Positions 49,411 through 62,566 of a DNA stretch of 64,000 nucleotides are shown here, one piece after another. Below the pieces are notes generated by a model. The model was not told where the DNA came from, did not search any database, and saw nothing but the letters and a program-made list of their open reading frames with translations. Location: assembly GCF_964355755.1 (NCBI RefSeq), contig NC_092672.1:27348437-27412436 (forward strand), given 5' to 3'. The translations under genes and the position numbers were made by a program. Position 1 is the first letter of the stretch, and each line of letters begins with the position of its first letter. The DNA comes from Antedon mediterranea. Lineage: Eukaryota; Animalia; Echinodermata.

Positions 49411-52157
49411 ACTTAATTTTCTTGACTTTCCTGCTTAGTTTCTAATTTATATATCATTTACATCAATACAGCAAAGTGCACAAGCCTTTGGCTGAGCTCC
49501 ATTTGTTTCTTGTTAATAGTTACCATTGTGTTACTCATCTCAGAAACTGTTTTGTTGCATAGGTTTGCACACCTTATATTATATAAGGGCTAGTATCATT
49601 GTTTTACCCGCACATGACAGTAACCTACACTATAGTATATGTAAATTATAGAGTAAAAATTAAGTACATAAACCAACGGTATTGTGGACTGATCTTGTTT
49701 TGATATGGGTCCATGTATGTGAAAAGCAGCAACTGACCTAAATCAAGTCATTTATAGCTAGTAAAACAGTAGTATAATACAACTTACTGGAATAAAGCAT
49801 TTGATAGAGTAAAGACAAACAATTACAAAGATTCATTGATTAGTTAGACAGGAATTAAAGCCCAGTTCGGAGACTATAAGATGTCATAGAGAAAGAACTT
49901 GTGTTGTGCCAAGCTTACATTGAGAATTGTTTGGTCACATCTTTTTTAGTATCGCTGTTGGAATTCTCCTTCTTTGATGTTGATATTACTGGAAAAAGTC
50001 TGTATACTACGACGTTTTTAACTAGTAGAATTTGTCAAAAACTGACCTCAAGACTTTAGAATTTCATTGCAGATGATCTTCTCCGGATGGTTTCAAAGTT
50101 TACCAGAAAATAATATGAGATATTGCGTTTAGTCAATTTTGTTTAGGGGTTGGTATTTGACAAGTTCTTATACTTCTTTTTCTGATCCAAGAAACAGTTC
50201 TAATTTAATGTTACCATTTTAAGTTATTGTAAATGTTTGCTGCTTTTATTTCTTGAACTGTTTCTAAATAATTGAATGAACAATTACATTGCATATCGTT
50301 GAAAAGATCTAGAATTTCAGCTGACTACTTTATTTTACGCTGTCGTTGTTGTAATACTGAAGCAAGTTGTGTACTACCACGGATCTATAAATTAGAATAC
50401 TGATGATAATCATAACAAGGATTAGACTATATTTTATTTTAGGTACGCGTGCAATATGATTGTTACGTTTTCCGCTTACTTCGTTCTTTATTAAGTTAAT
50501 TATTGTCTCATTTAGATACAACTGTGTAGTAGGTATGTACTCTAGGCGTTGATTTCAGTTCTGATGATGAGAATAGTATTATTATAATAGTATATTATAT
50601 AAGAAACTGGTATTTGCAGGTAGAAACATTTTTTTAGAAAAACTTAAAATCTTATTTTAAATTCATTAATAAAAATTAATAACATACTAGGCGACCATAA
50701 CTATCATCAAAATAAGATTCTGAAATTTGATTATCAATAAAAAAAAATAACATTCTACTATTTTTTGACAGTAATACTTAATGGCACTATCCGATGATAG
50801 ACGCCATCAGTCGTCCTTCTAGCTCAAAATACAAAATAAAAGTTTTACCGATTTTAACCAAATGTTATGTTTTTTTTCGTGTAAGTCTTTCATTTTTGCA
50901 TTATATTATTTTTACAGCCTAGGGTGTCAACAGTGTTATGTTTGATGAGTAGCATGATGTTGTTTCTAAGCTACTTTTCACGGCCTATTTTGTACGGCCT
51001 ACAACTCATCAGCTTTCTAAATATTTTTTTTTTAATATTTAGTGTGCTTTCTACAGAGTTAAAAAATAGGCATGTTTTTGATAAATTTGCATTAAATAAA
51101 TGCAGACGAATTTTAAATTTTAACGTACACGTGCGTTTTCACCAAGCATCAATAAAAAATGAGTTTTTAATCTAGCGCGTAAATCACATTGCGCAAGTCT
51201 GACGTTTAAAAAAAAAATAGGAGGTGGACAACTTCACATGAATGTCGATATGACAAAGTTACGAAATGTTATGTTTACACGTTTTAGACAAACGCGACGC
51301 ACAAATAAAGCTAGAAGAAAACAATAATAATACAGAAAAAAAAAACGATGAAGATAATTCCATACAATTCCAATCATATGTCCGCCAAGGTGTGGATAAA
51401 TAAAAGTGTAGTGAAGAGCAACCTCTATAGCCATAATCGCAACAGTTATATATCATTTGAAAAAAAACAGAATAATAAAAAGATCAATATCAGCTAGAAT
51501 TTCAACATGCTAAGTATTTAATACTAATATTATGCTACTGACTAAACATGAAATAATATATAATTAGTAATGATATTTGTTTGTAGATTATTACAATATA
51601 TTCATAAAATTGTATTTTAGGAAATACATTGTTATTGATAATTATTAAGAAATATTGTTCAAATTCTTTATTAAAGTGTAATACTAGAATGATAATTATA
51701 GGTGTGATACAACGTATTGTTTTACGATAGGTTTTAAGAATTAGCCTTTTGTGTTTGAACTTCCATTCTGTTACTTTTTTATTAATTTGATTAGCTTATG
51801 CTAATGAAATAGCAAGAAATTGATTTAAACCATTTATTTAAATCACTGTAGGGTGACTGCAGGTAAATTCAATAAACTCAACAGCAGCTCACGTTTTGAT
51901 AATTCGCTGCGTAAACGATGTTAGTTGCATTTTAGTATTATGGTCATGAATGAATGAAAAGAATTAGTGATCTATTAATGCGTTATTATTTTGTTTATAA
52001 TTATTGGACAATTTTAACAATCAATGTACAATGCAATATCGTAAGTAATCAATATAAAATGTAACTACAATCTAGAAAATATTATGTTGGTAATGTAATG
52101 GAAGTGGCTTGGAGTTCTACACCTCTCTCCTTCCATTTTACATCATTCTGGTATTGT

Positions 52158-55100
52158 TCATTGGCGTGCTGGAAGAAATAAGATAAAACCTGGATTTAAT
52201 TCGTCATTATGTCGAGTTATAGGTTATATGCATTTATTTAAATACAATAATAAAAAAGATATAATATTTACTGATTGATTAATCAATAATACTAATTGCA
52301 TTCATTAATAAGCCTTCTTTAGGAGCTGGAAAACTTACGTTTTTCACACACAAAGCTTTTTTTTTTTCCACAATATAGATCAAGCCATTTCCCCCAATCA
52401 GTCATACTGACACAATCTTCGTTATTTGCGAGATTGTTTGGCTGACCAGTAAGCCAACCTGAAAAAATAAAGGAGTTTTTATTGTATATAACATGCACCG
52501 GTAACTATCATTATACAAAGTATTGGTTGTAAGGTTTCTCAGCAACGTGATTTGTTTGAACGATGACCATGATGAGTTCTAACCTTATGTGAAACAAAAA
52601 GTGTCTTTTTTTTATTAGATGAGCAAATTAGCACATGTGGTCAGGGATTACCATTAGTAAATTAATCACTGTCCTATCAGATAGGTGGAATCCTCCTGAT
52701 GCAGGGGCTATTTTGTGAACCAGATCACCGGAGTAACCCCTATTTGTCACGAATGATGAACTGGGTTGGCACACAGATTACAACTGTGTACACTACGCCT
52801 ACGGTTCATATTCCTTATCCGAAAAGAACTAGAGATGAGAGGCAGCTATGTAATGTATGAAAAAAGAATGTCAGATAATGCTGCCTTTCATTTTAGTAAG
52901 TCATATTAATCTTTATTAGTATATCATAGTAAAATTGTATCTAGAAACTGACAATATACAATGAAACATATCAACTGATATCAAGTATTTCGGCAACGTA
53001 CTTGTACTCATATTATACTAGTACATCCCTTTTGTGTTTCCCTACAACTTTATCTTTAGAATCTCTTGTACATCATATTATTGGTAAATGATGAACACAC
53101 ATATTGTATTGTAATGAGGCCATTGTCTGTGGTTCAGGCTCATTAAGCCCATCCCACAACTCAGACCCATCCCTAATTTAGATCTTAGGACAACTACCCT
53201 CTGGACAATTACCACCCGGACAACTACTTCCCGGACAATCACTCCTCTAGGACAACTACCCCCGAACAACTACACCTTAGGAAACTACTCCCTAGGACAA
53301 CTACTCCCAAGGACAACTACCGCATATAACAAATACCCCCTACTGCAGTTTTTGGTAACAAGTGAGCATCTGCAATCATTTCATTGCCAGAATTTGATCT
53401 GTGTGGTATTAAAGCCACCAGCTTTTTGCGGCTAATATTATTTTTATTTTATTATTTATTTCCTTTATTGCATCAAGTAAGCAGTGATGAAGTTGACATA
53501 AATATAATAGTAAATATGTAAACACATAGTATAACACAGTCCAAACAAGTAATACTAAAATATATCATAGTCCACAAATCAGTCTTTCAATGGCCATCAT
53601 AGTACAGTACATCCAGTAACACAAACCAATATAGGTTCACAATTTGCTTATCATAACTCAGTTACTGATCATTCACCAATCATTGAAAACTCCGTGGAAA
53701 GTAATGAAGTTTTTTGTGCGTTGTGTCCGGACTTTGGGGAGGGTGAACGATCTAACGCGTCGGAGCTGATGGTTGTGTGTGGGAGGTTTAGGTAAGAGAG
53801 AGTGTAATATATGATCTTCTTTTTTCATTTTATCAAAGAATTTTCTTGACAACTTCTCGCGGCGTTCAGATAGAGTGATGATGTTAAGGTATCTGCGGGT
53901 ATCAGCATACGAGGTACCATCGGGGCATATTATGTTACACGCTCTTCTTTGGACATGTTCAATTTGGTCAGATTGTGCTTTGGATAAACTCGGGGACCAA
54001 ACAGCACAGGCATATTCGAGAACTGGTCGTATCACTGCTTGATAGTATCGGAGCAGTTCCAGTCTATCTAGGCCAGACCTCTTGAGTTGCTTAAGAAAAA
54101 ACAACCTTGGTACAACGCGCTTGGTTAAACAGTCAACATGCGTCTGCCACGACAATTTACGGTCAAGATTGACACCTAGTAACTTTGCATGCTCAACACA
54201 CTTCACTTCAGATCCATTCACAGTGATTGGGTCAAACTCAGTTGGTGTTCTCTTACATATAATGTTTATCGTTTGAATGCTGTTTCAAAAATTCAATGAG
54301 CATAAAAAAGGACATTCAATAATGAGCCAACAAGGAGGAGGAACCACCAGTTAAAGATATTGAATATCACATCAACTGCATTCAAACGGGATTGGGAGTA
54401 AAGTAATTTTCTACTATCATTCAGTGAACGGTACATTCGCTTTGCTTTTAAGGTCACCCACACAAGCATATTGTTACAAATCTTTATTATGATTTTGAAA
54501 TGGTGAATACATCGAGGTTTTTGATACATTATTTAAATGTCTACAACAATCGATATTTAACTTAGGCCTACTTGACAGAAAAGTCAGGAAAATGAAATCG
54601 AAACTTTGAATGCAGATGGATATCTATTAAATATATTACTTTTACTTTGTCCATATGTCCAATTATTATCTATGTTCACCATAACTTTGACTTATCTTTA
54701 CTGAACTATTATGTTATAAAAGGCGGACTAAAAAGATTCGACGTTGAACTATGATCGTGAGACGCATTGCTTGTATCCTTATTCAAGATACGTTCCTAAC
54801 TTTTGCTTCTCTCTACCCAGGTGTACAAATGGGTGCCTGGTGAAGGTAAAAACTTAACTGCGCTGATTACTAGCTGCAAAATAATGGAAGTATGTGTGAT
54901 AACATAGGTGATAGTGATACACCAAAAACTATGTTTTGCTTACGTGAATAGTTTGAGCCTTCATCTTTGACCCAGGAAAATCCTACACCACTTCTTTCTA
55001 AACCAATCCACAGTTTTTGCCTTTTTATTTGGCTTCGGACAAAATCATTTTCAGACTTATCTTTTATCACAACAAGGTAAGCACCGTCGTAAGATTCGCA

Positions 55101-55822
55101 ATGTTTTTTAGCTTCTTCCCACTTCATTTTCGAATTAAAAGATCCGTAACACTTGTTGTTGAATGCTGTCCAGTAATTTGGGCAACCTATAACAATTAAT
55201 AATGAAATAAAAATAAGAATACAAAGAAAAAATATCATTTTGCAAATTAAAATGCTCATCGCTTTTGAAAAATATACATTTTTAATAATCATATCAGTTT
55301 AAACTTTCTATAAATTTTAAGTATTATTATATTTATTTTATATTATTATTAAATATTATTATTATATTATTTTAAGATATATTTGTAAGTATATTTTATA
55401 TTGAAAGTAATTTTTTTCTGACAAAAGAACACTCTTTATGTTAAAACATAATCACATTATAGTTTTTCCTCTTTTTTAAAAATTAATTTTAATTGATAAC
55501 CAATACTGCACTAATGAATTATGTGAATTCTGTGCCATAGATCTACTTTTGGATCTACTAGGAACAAAGTTAAAAAAAAAAATTGACATATGCATAATAC
55601 ATGACATAATGCTCCTGAACAAACAGAAAAATAGACTGCCTGGTGCTACAATTGTTAAAATTCACTCTCTTTTTGCTGATTTATAATACCTTTATGTCTT
55701 GTCTCCAGTTCAATTTCTGAAATAAATAAATAAAAACAATTATTAATAAGTTAACTTTAAATATAATATTCTGTCTACAATACGAATAATAATATACCAC
55801 AGAATGTGAGTTGAAATAGTAA

Positions 55823-55853
<31 letters not shown>

Positions 55854-58800
55854 ATTATTACTTAATCTTGTTTAGTTCCACCATGGATTCTCTATAGTTT
55901 CACTTTGTGCAAGAGTAAAAAAACTACATCTTAGTCTATAATGCATTTTAACTAAATGCAATCGATACTTTTGGCGTCTTTGTCGTCGTGTGACTACACC
56001 AGGCTGAATAAAGGTAATGCGACGACATTAGTCCTATACTAAGGAAATATAATATTGAGTAAATACAGTGTATATCTTTTTCAAATGATCAATAAATACA
56101 GGCAGAACAAAATTTATATATTTAGGCCTAACTATTACTAAAAGGAAAGTAATTGATACAGATATCATAATACGATAGAAAATTTCTAAATGTGACAATT
56201 TATCGAGTGTACGTCTATTTTTTCGAAAAGCTAAAAAAAACTACTTACTTACTCACTTACCTACATACTTAATCACATATTAAAAATTACTTAAAAAAAA
56301 TAAATTAATTGAACACATGAACATAGTTATTCTATCATAAAAAATGTATTAATTACACTTGGGTGTCTTTTAGCGAAATTGCGAAGCTCTCAAATAGTGG
56401 GGGTTTTAGTGACCCGTTACAAAAATGACACACTACACCGTCTAGGCGGTAGTTCATCGGGTCGATTGTCTACGACTAAAGAACTACCGCACTTCACAGA
56501 CTAAAATTAGATTAATTAAGTACTAGTTAAGTACCAAACATTATTAAAAACTCTTCCTTTTAATACCCTGTAACAGAAATTTGAAAATGGAATTTCAAAG
56601 AACCGACCCGCATTTCAAATCTCTTTTAATAGTTGTCTAAGATTGTAATAAATAATAATACAGTATGAATAAAAGTATTAAACAAAAAGTAAGAATATGA
56701 AAGGATAAAGATGAAATTAAATCTACGTAATAATTTTCGCTTTTAGACCACAATGGGCTTATTATTTATTTTTTATTTTATTTTATTTAAATTTTTTATT
56801 ATTTATTGTTATCTTCTTAGTTTGACGTGCAACCACTCCACCACCACCCTAGTCCTGCATGAATTCACACAAACAGGAGTTTGTACTGCATAGTACTACC
56901 AACATTTTTGTTTTACTGCACAACAACATGTTAGTTGCCCGAAAAGCTGATATAAATAAGGATTTGATTTTACACTATATTTAATAAGGGTGATCCATCC
57001 ATTTGATTTACATTAAATCAGCAATTGCTGATAATTAGGGAACCTCGGAGGTTCACAAGACAAACATATACACAAGATGCTCTACATAAACAAAGTCTTT
57101 GGGAGGGGAGTTGTAAGTTTGTCCTTAGAAAAAATCCTGACATATGACGGGACTTGAACCCAGGACCCTTGGAAAGGTAGCCAAGCATCATAACCACCAA
57201 GCCACAACTCCACTCCAGTTTGTTTGGTAACAATCATGACATTGAAAATGTAGAACAAATTAATAGTAAATATCTCTGATAATTATGTAGCGCTTGGTCA
57301 TCATTGCATTAACTGATTTTAATAAAAATGCTTATTTACCTTCCGCTTCCGCTTCGACTGATCTGTCTTCAAAACTTTCTTCATCAATAATTTCGTCGAC
57401 CGTTAGTTGGTTTTCCTCATCAATGCCTGTCTTTTCAAATTGTTGTTCAACACCTTCTTCTGTAATAATCACCAAAACCACTGTTTTTGTGTGTATGTGT
57501 ATTTTTATATTTCGGTATATTTCTTCAACATATAAATGCATAAAAACATACAGAAATAATATATAGGCCTACACTAAATTGACAACATCAAACAAACTAC
57601 GAAAAACACAATGTACATATAACAACATCCATTTGGTTGGGGTATGCCACTCAAATACACAAGAACATGGTTGGTCGCTTTGTAAGAAGAGTGGGAGTGA
57701 TAATTGGTGAGAAAAAGCAGTCGGTGAAGTCTGTCTACTTTAATTTACTTGTTTCGTTGGTGTTTAAATACGCGAGGCATCCGATCCACCGATACATCAC
57801 CTTTCAGCAAAATGGCAACAGACTTGGTCCTGGTTGCTCTCGCAAGTCGTTACACCTGTTATGTGTCATCAGGCACACAACTTTTTAATTCTAATTTTGA
57901 AGTTCAAACATTTTTACCTATTGTATTTATATCTTTTATTGTATTTTAATATATGTATATCATAAATTAATAGCACCTAGTTCCTACAGTGAGGGATGAA
58001 TAAAGTTTATTTTTTACTTTTACGTCGAAATAACTGACAAAAACCTATTACATTTGTTATTATTTCACTCATTGCGAACGTTTTACACTCTTGAAAATAA
58101 AGCTGAATTCTTGAATTTAAAATGATAATAGTGCATGTAACCATCTTTCTTTGCAACCATTTATTTAGTTTAGTTTATTATAGGTTTGGTATGATGCTTC
58201 CAAAGATAGGTCTACACTGTATAACAATTAAACAATTATAACTTTGTAATTTACACAAATGACACTGCCACAAGACACATTCCACGCCCTTCGCCATATT
58301 TTAAAGTTATCTTCTTCGTAATACTGTAGGCCTAACCCGTTCTGAAATCGAAAATTCTCAAGGGATACTACAATACTATGAAAGCTTACATTTCAGTTTG
58401 TATTAAGGTAGGCGACGACCAGAACAACTGGTCAAAGAACCACTTTAGTTCAGATTAAAAGCGCAAATGTGACCAATTAAGTTATCTTTAGTTTGAGCAT
58501 GGAAAAATCCTCTATGGCTTAAGTCACTCTAAATTTGTCAAGAAGAATGGAGAGCCATATTGAAATGTATCAATACAAACAATGAACATTAGCCTAACTA
58601 AAAATATGTATTGATTTAAATAATAAAAGTAGTTATTAACGCTACAAAAGAGGGGAAAATAAATAATACTGTTGATAATTAGTAAAACAATAGAAATTGC
58701 TATGTCAAATCACAGTTTACATCACAGGAATATAGCAACCTATTTTACTTGTTGTAGGCATTTTATTTTTAATAATCCACTTCTCAAAATAGTAAAAATA

Positions 58801-59203
58801 AAATTGTGAAAAAAAAGGTGATGTAAATGTTGTAATTGGAAGTGTAGTAGGCCTACTAGTATTAAAAGAAAGATGACATGACATTATAAGCAATTGAATT
58901 TATTATCACATTGTATACAACCTAATTATTAAATTATAAAATTTAAAATTAGTAAACAGTTACTGCACTTAATTTCTAATCGAGTCCAGTTTAATATTCA
59001 GTTTTATGAGAAGATGTATGACATAAAAAAATATATAAACATGTATAATATGCAAAATTTGCCAGAAGTAACGATAGAATACACTTGACACGCGCACCCA
59101 AATACTTATACATACAGTACAAGTAGGTTAAACACTTACCAGCTCTCGCTATGTGAAGAATGCAAACACAGAAAAGCATTACGAACACAATTGATCGATT
59201 CAT
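52158..59203 (-). CDS. Secreted C-type lectin, 6 exons, 194 aa. Exons: 59203-59140, 57459-57340, 55716-55690, 55186-54944, 52458-52339, 52168-52158
   Basis: Signal peptide MNRSIVFVMLFCVCILHIARA, acidic exon, then CTLD CPNYW..FNNKCY..WEEAKKHC..LWIGL..W..GQPNN..EDCV..WLDLYC..FVCEK. All introns GT-AG, phase 1. Confidence 0.85.
53186..53340. repeat. Imperfect tandem repeat, ~15-17-bp unit GGACAACTACYCY
   Basis: About 9 degenerate units visible. Confidence 0.8.
53440..54270 (-). mobile_element. 5'-truncated LINE (L2/CR1/Rex-like RT C-terminus) in a lectin intron
   Basis: ORF 53673-54221: KLLGV.LD..LSW..H, RLFFLKQLKR, IRPVLEYA..VW; 3'UTR ending in AATAAA repeats. Confidence 0.85.
54740..54875 (+). 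mobile_element. CORE-like SINE fragment
   Basis: CGCATTGCTTGTATCCTT...CTCTCTACCCAGGTGTACAAATGG matches the inverted copy at 15920-16030. Confidence 0.55.
57030..57212 (-). mobile_element. tRNA-derived SINE
   Basis: A box TGGCTTGGTGG and B box GGTTCAAGTCC on the minus strand; cloverleaf imperfect, followed by a non-tRNA body. Confidence 0.6.
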
Positions 59204-59348
59204 TTTGATAACGTCTTAAGTATAGCTTCTGGAGTCTGATGTAGCTTCTGGAATCAGAAAGTACTGTATCTTTTTAAAGTTTGAAGAAGTTTCTGTTGCC
59301 TGGAGTAGCTTCAGAACTAGAAATGATTACAACCTGCTCTTGTTATCA

Positions 59349-59357
59349 TTTATATAT
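59349..59357 (-). promoter_or_regulatory. Candidate TATA box of the lectin gene
   Basis: TATATAAA on the minus strand about 150 bp upstream of the ATG. Confidence 0.4.
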
Positions 59358-62245
59358 GCTCCAAAAAGAGGTTGGACCACACTTTAGAAATCAAGGCGGA
59401 GCCCTTCAAATGAAACATTTGCGTTATCTCACTAATTCGTCGCCACTATCAATTTTAGAATGTTTCGATAAGCATACAGCTTTGTTTGTTTATAATCTAA
59501 ACAAATAAAGCTATAATATGCATATCAAAATTTGCACCACAACTTCAATTATCCAATGGCAACAATTTACCTATATTTATTTGAAGACAATTTTGAAACT
59601 TAGCTAATAACTCAATGTACATTGAATTTGGTGATAATGCAATCAGACAGCACTTAATTTACCAAAATTTGTCGTCGCTCTAGCAAGGCGAATTTCCTCT
59701 ACGTACTTCGATGATCTTAGTTTTGATGAGTTTAGGTTTTAAGACTAGGCTATTAGGAGCTTGTCATTTGCTTTATCGTAAACTACATACTTTTGTTTTG
59801 TAAACTTTCATACAATTAGTGTAGGGTTCTCAACTCCGGCCCTTCAAACGTTAAATAATTAATAGTTTACTTTATTATTATTATTATTATTATTATTATT
59901 GATTTTCCCTTTCGGTTTAATTTCTTGCAAGAGAATAGCGATTAAAAAAATCTTTTCTTAAGCTCAACATATGAGGAATTTTAAAAGTCAAGCTACACTA
60001 AAATAATATCAATTTTATTATACACATTTAACACTGGGATACTAGTCTTTGAATGAAGATGTCACCCAGTATTTAATAAATAAATAAATAATAATAAAAT
60101 CAGGTGCCACATTGTTGTTGTAATTGTCCTCGTCATAAAGAAGAGGCTATAATTCAGAGAAATATATTTATTTTATTAAAAATAAGTAAAACCCAAGATA
60201 CTGGTCTAGCCAAAAAGGTTTGATAATTGGTTTCTCTGTAGATTTAATCCGAAAGTCACATATTTTGTTTACGCTAATTCATTCGTGAATGAGAACTGTA
60301 CAACGTTTAGGTAATTGCCTGTGTTTAAACACAAAAGTTAAAATGTTTTGGGGATTAAACAAAATACCCGTTTAGCTAATTGATTCGTGATTGAGAATAA
60401 ACACTTCTGTAATGAGTTTTGTAAACATCAATGAAATAACAAATAAGTTATTTGTGGAGGAAGTCATGTATTGTCTCATCGTCCTCACAGTTGTCCATAT
60501 GGTTCAGTGTAGACTTGTGGTTATTAACATTAAATGACATAGAAACAATGATATATGTTGTATTAGTTTTATTATGTCAGTAAATATATTAATTCTTGGT
60601 CAGATCATATCCGCATAAGAATCTGGTTGGTAAAACACTATTAATCTTATAGAATAAATAATAATAATAATAATAATAAATTAAATTTATAAAGCGCTTC
60701 ATAATGACAAAAACAAACTCTAAGCGCTGTGTATAAAAATAACATAAACATCTGGTTAGCTTAATCTAAAACAATCAATACAAACAATTTAAAAATTACA
60801 CAATAAAAAAGACAAAATTATATACAAGCGAGAACAGTCTTAAAATACACATACTGATTTGCACCATTGCACATGAGACATAAGGCTGCACCATCTTAAA
60901 AAATCATGAATGTGGAGAATACATTTATTCCCATTTATAATCATTTTTACATGTTAAGAACCGCACCAACGTTGCTTAATATAGTGCTACGGAATATAAT
61001 AAGTGTTGCTGATCTATTCCGTTGAATTGAGGAGAAACTTCCTATTGGATGATAACACATTTCACGCTGCAGTCTTCTGTGATCCTTTCATAAAAAAACA
61101 TAGATCTTATAGTTTTGTTTTGAGAGGTTTGCATAAAGTAAAGTAAATTATATAATCAAAGTATAAATCTAAGAATAAGATCTAAATTTTGCAACTAAAC
61201 TACACTGACTTTATATTTGAATTATGAGCCTTGTCGATGTATGAAATGGAAGCGCTGAGTTGATTGTTGTTCGCACAATTAAAAGATCTGCTTTTAAATT
61301 TTTCTTACACTTGAATGCATTTCTCATGGTGTCATACAAACAAATATACTGAGAGAGTCGACATTTTTTTTATAAAACCTACCTGAACAATTTTTCAAAA
61401 GAGATCATCCAAATAACAACCAGATGTTTGCTTAGCTAAATTCGAAGAAAATATGTGGTTCTATAGTTCTTTTCCATGTAGCCAGAATGTCACAAATTAC
61501 ATTATGCTGAACATTATTTGATTTTCACATATACATATAATAATATAAAGTATTAGCTTAAGTGATTGCCCAGTTTCGAGGACCAGGAGTTCCATTTCCA
61601 CATCTCGGTCGTGCCATTGTGATTGGGTATGGAACGCTGCCGCTTAACAACCTCTCAGCTTATTTTTTATTTTTAATCTCCTATTTTTACTCTGTACTGT
61701 ATATAGTTTTAATATTTTACTAGCCATTGACCGTCCAATATGGAGGAGCACCATCTTAATATAATGATTTTGAGGTTCGGGAATAAACAAGACCATATAG
61801 ATGGCTGCTGTCGCGTGCTCAAGTTAGTGTTTACCGACCAACCGACCGACCGACATAGTGAGCTGTAGAGTTGAACGCGACTGAAAAAAAGTACAGTAAT
61901 ATAGTACAATGCAGTATACATACAGTATCCAGAATCACATACAGCATTTATTTGAAGTGTTTTATATTTGTTGTTTTGTTTTGCCCTTCATATGATTGGT
62001 CCCCCAAGCTATGACCTGGGATGTTTGTTACATTATTTTGTTTTCATTAATTCTAAAAGTAAGCGATAAAAATACTACAGTCATTGCAAATAATGTCAGT
62101 GCTCACTGTAAAATGAAAAACAATCCTGAATCTCGTTACTATATTACTTCTTAATATACATATATATTTTCTTCTTGTTTTGTTTGTGTAAATATTAAAA
62201 TAATAGATGTTTTTTTATGTTATTGGTATTGTTTTTTGTTGGAAG

Positions 62246-62564
62246 TGTTGTATATTGTGCTCTGGGAATGAATGATTACACTAAGTATTTCACTAAGAAA
62301 TCAGACCATGTGCTAATGTTCAGCCATCTTGTAGAACTCCTTTATTAGTCTCCAATCCAGTCGTTAAATTGCTAATATGAATATATTACATTACTTCCTT
62401 CTTTTAAAATTGAGTCAAGTGATACAGGTATTGGTTTTGTAAAATACAGTATTAATTATAGTATGGCTATCTAACATAACATTCTAAAACTAAGTAACAA
62501 TAAACATAATGCATATAACAAAAACAAGATCTTCTAGATTCAAATTAACTATATAATGATTACA
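62246..62564 (-). repeat. Probable 3' LTR of Gypsy element
   Basis: TGT...ACA ends, preceded by a polypurine tract AGAGAAAGGAAAAGGGAAA; internal AATAAA. Partner LTR is outside the window. Confidence 0.6.
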
Positions 62565-62566
62565 TC

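Noticed and set aside
54870-55292. Stand-alone transmembrane lectin ORF from the ORF track
   Set aside because: The hydrophobic N-terminus is AT-rich intron; a splice acceptor at 55187-55188 defines the real exon.
55860-55900. Additional lectin micro-exon
   Set aside because: The candidate frame after the AG hits a stop (TAA) and has no good donor.
57145-57212. Functional tRNA gene
   Set aside because: A and B boxes are present but the stems pair poorly and a SINE-like body follows.
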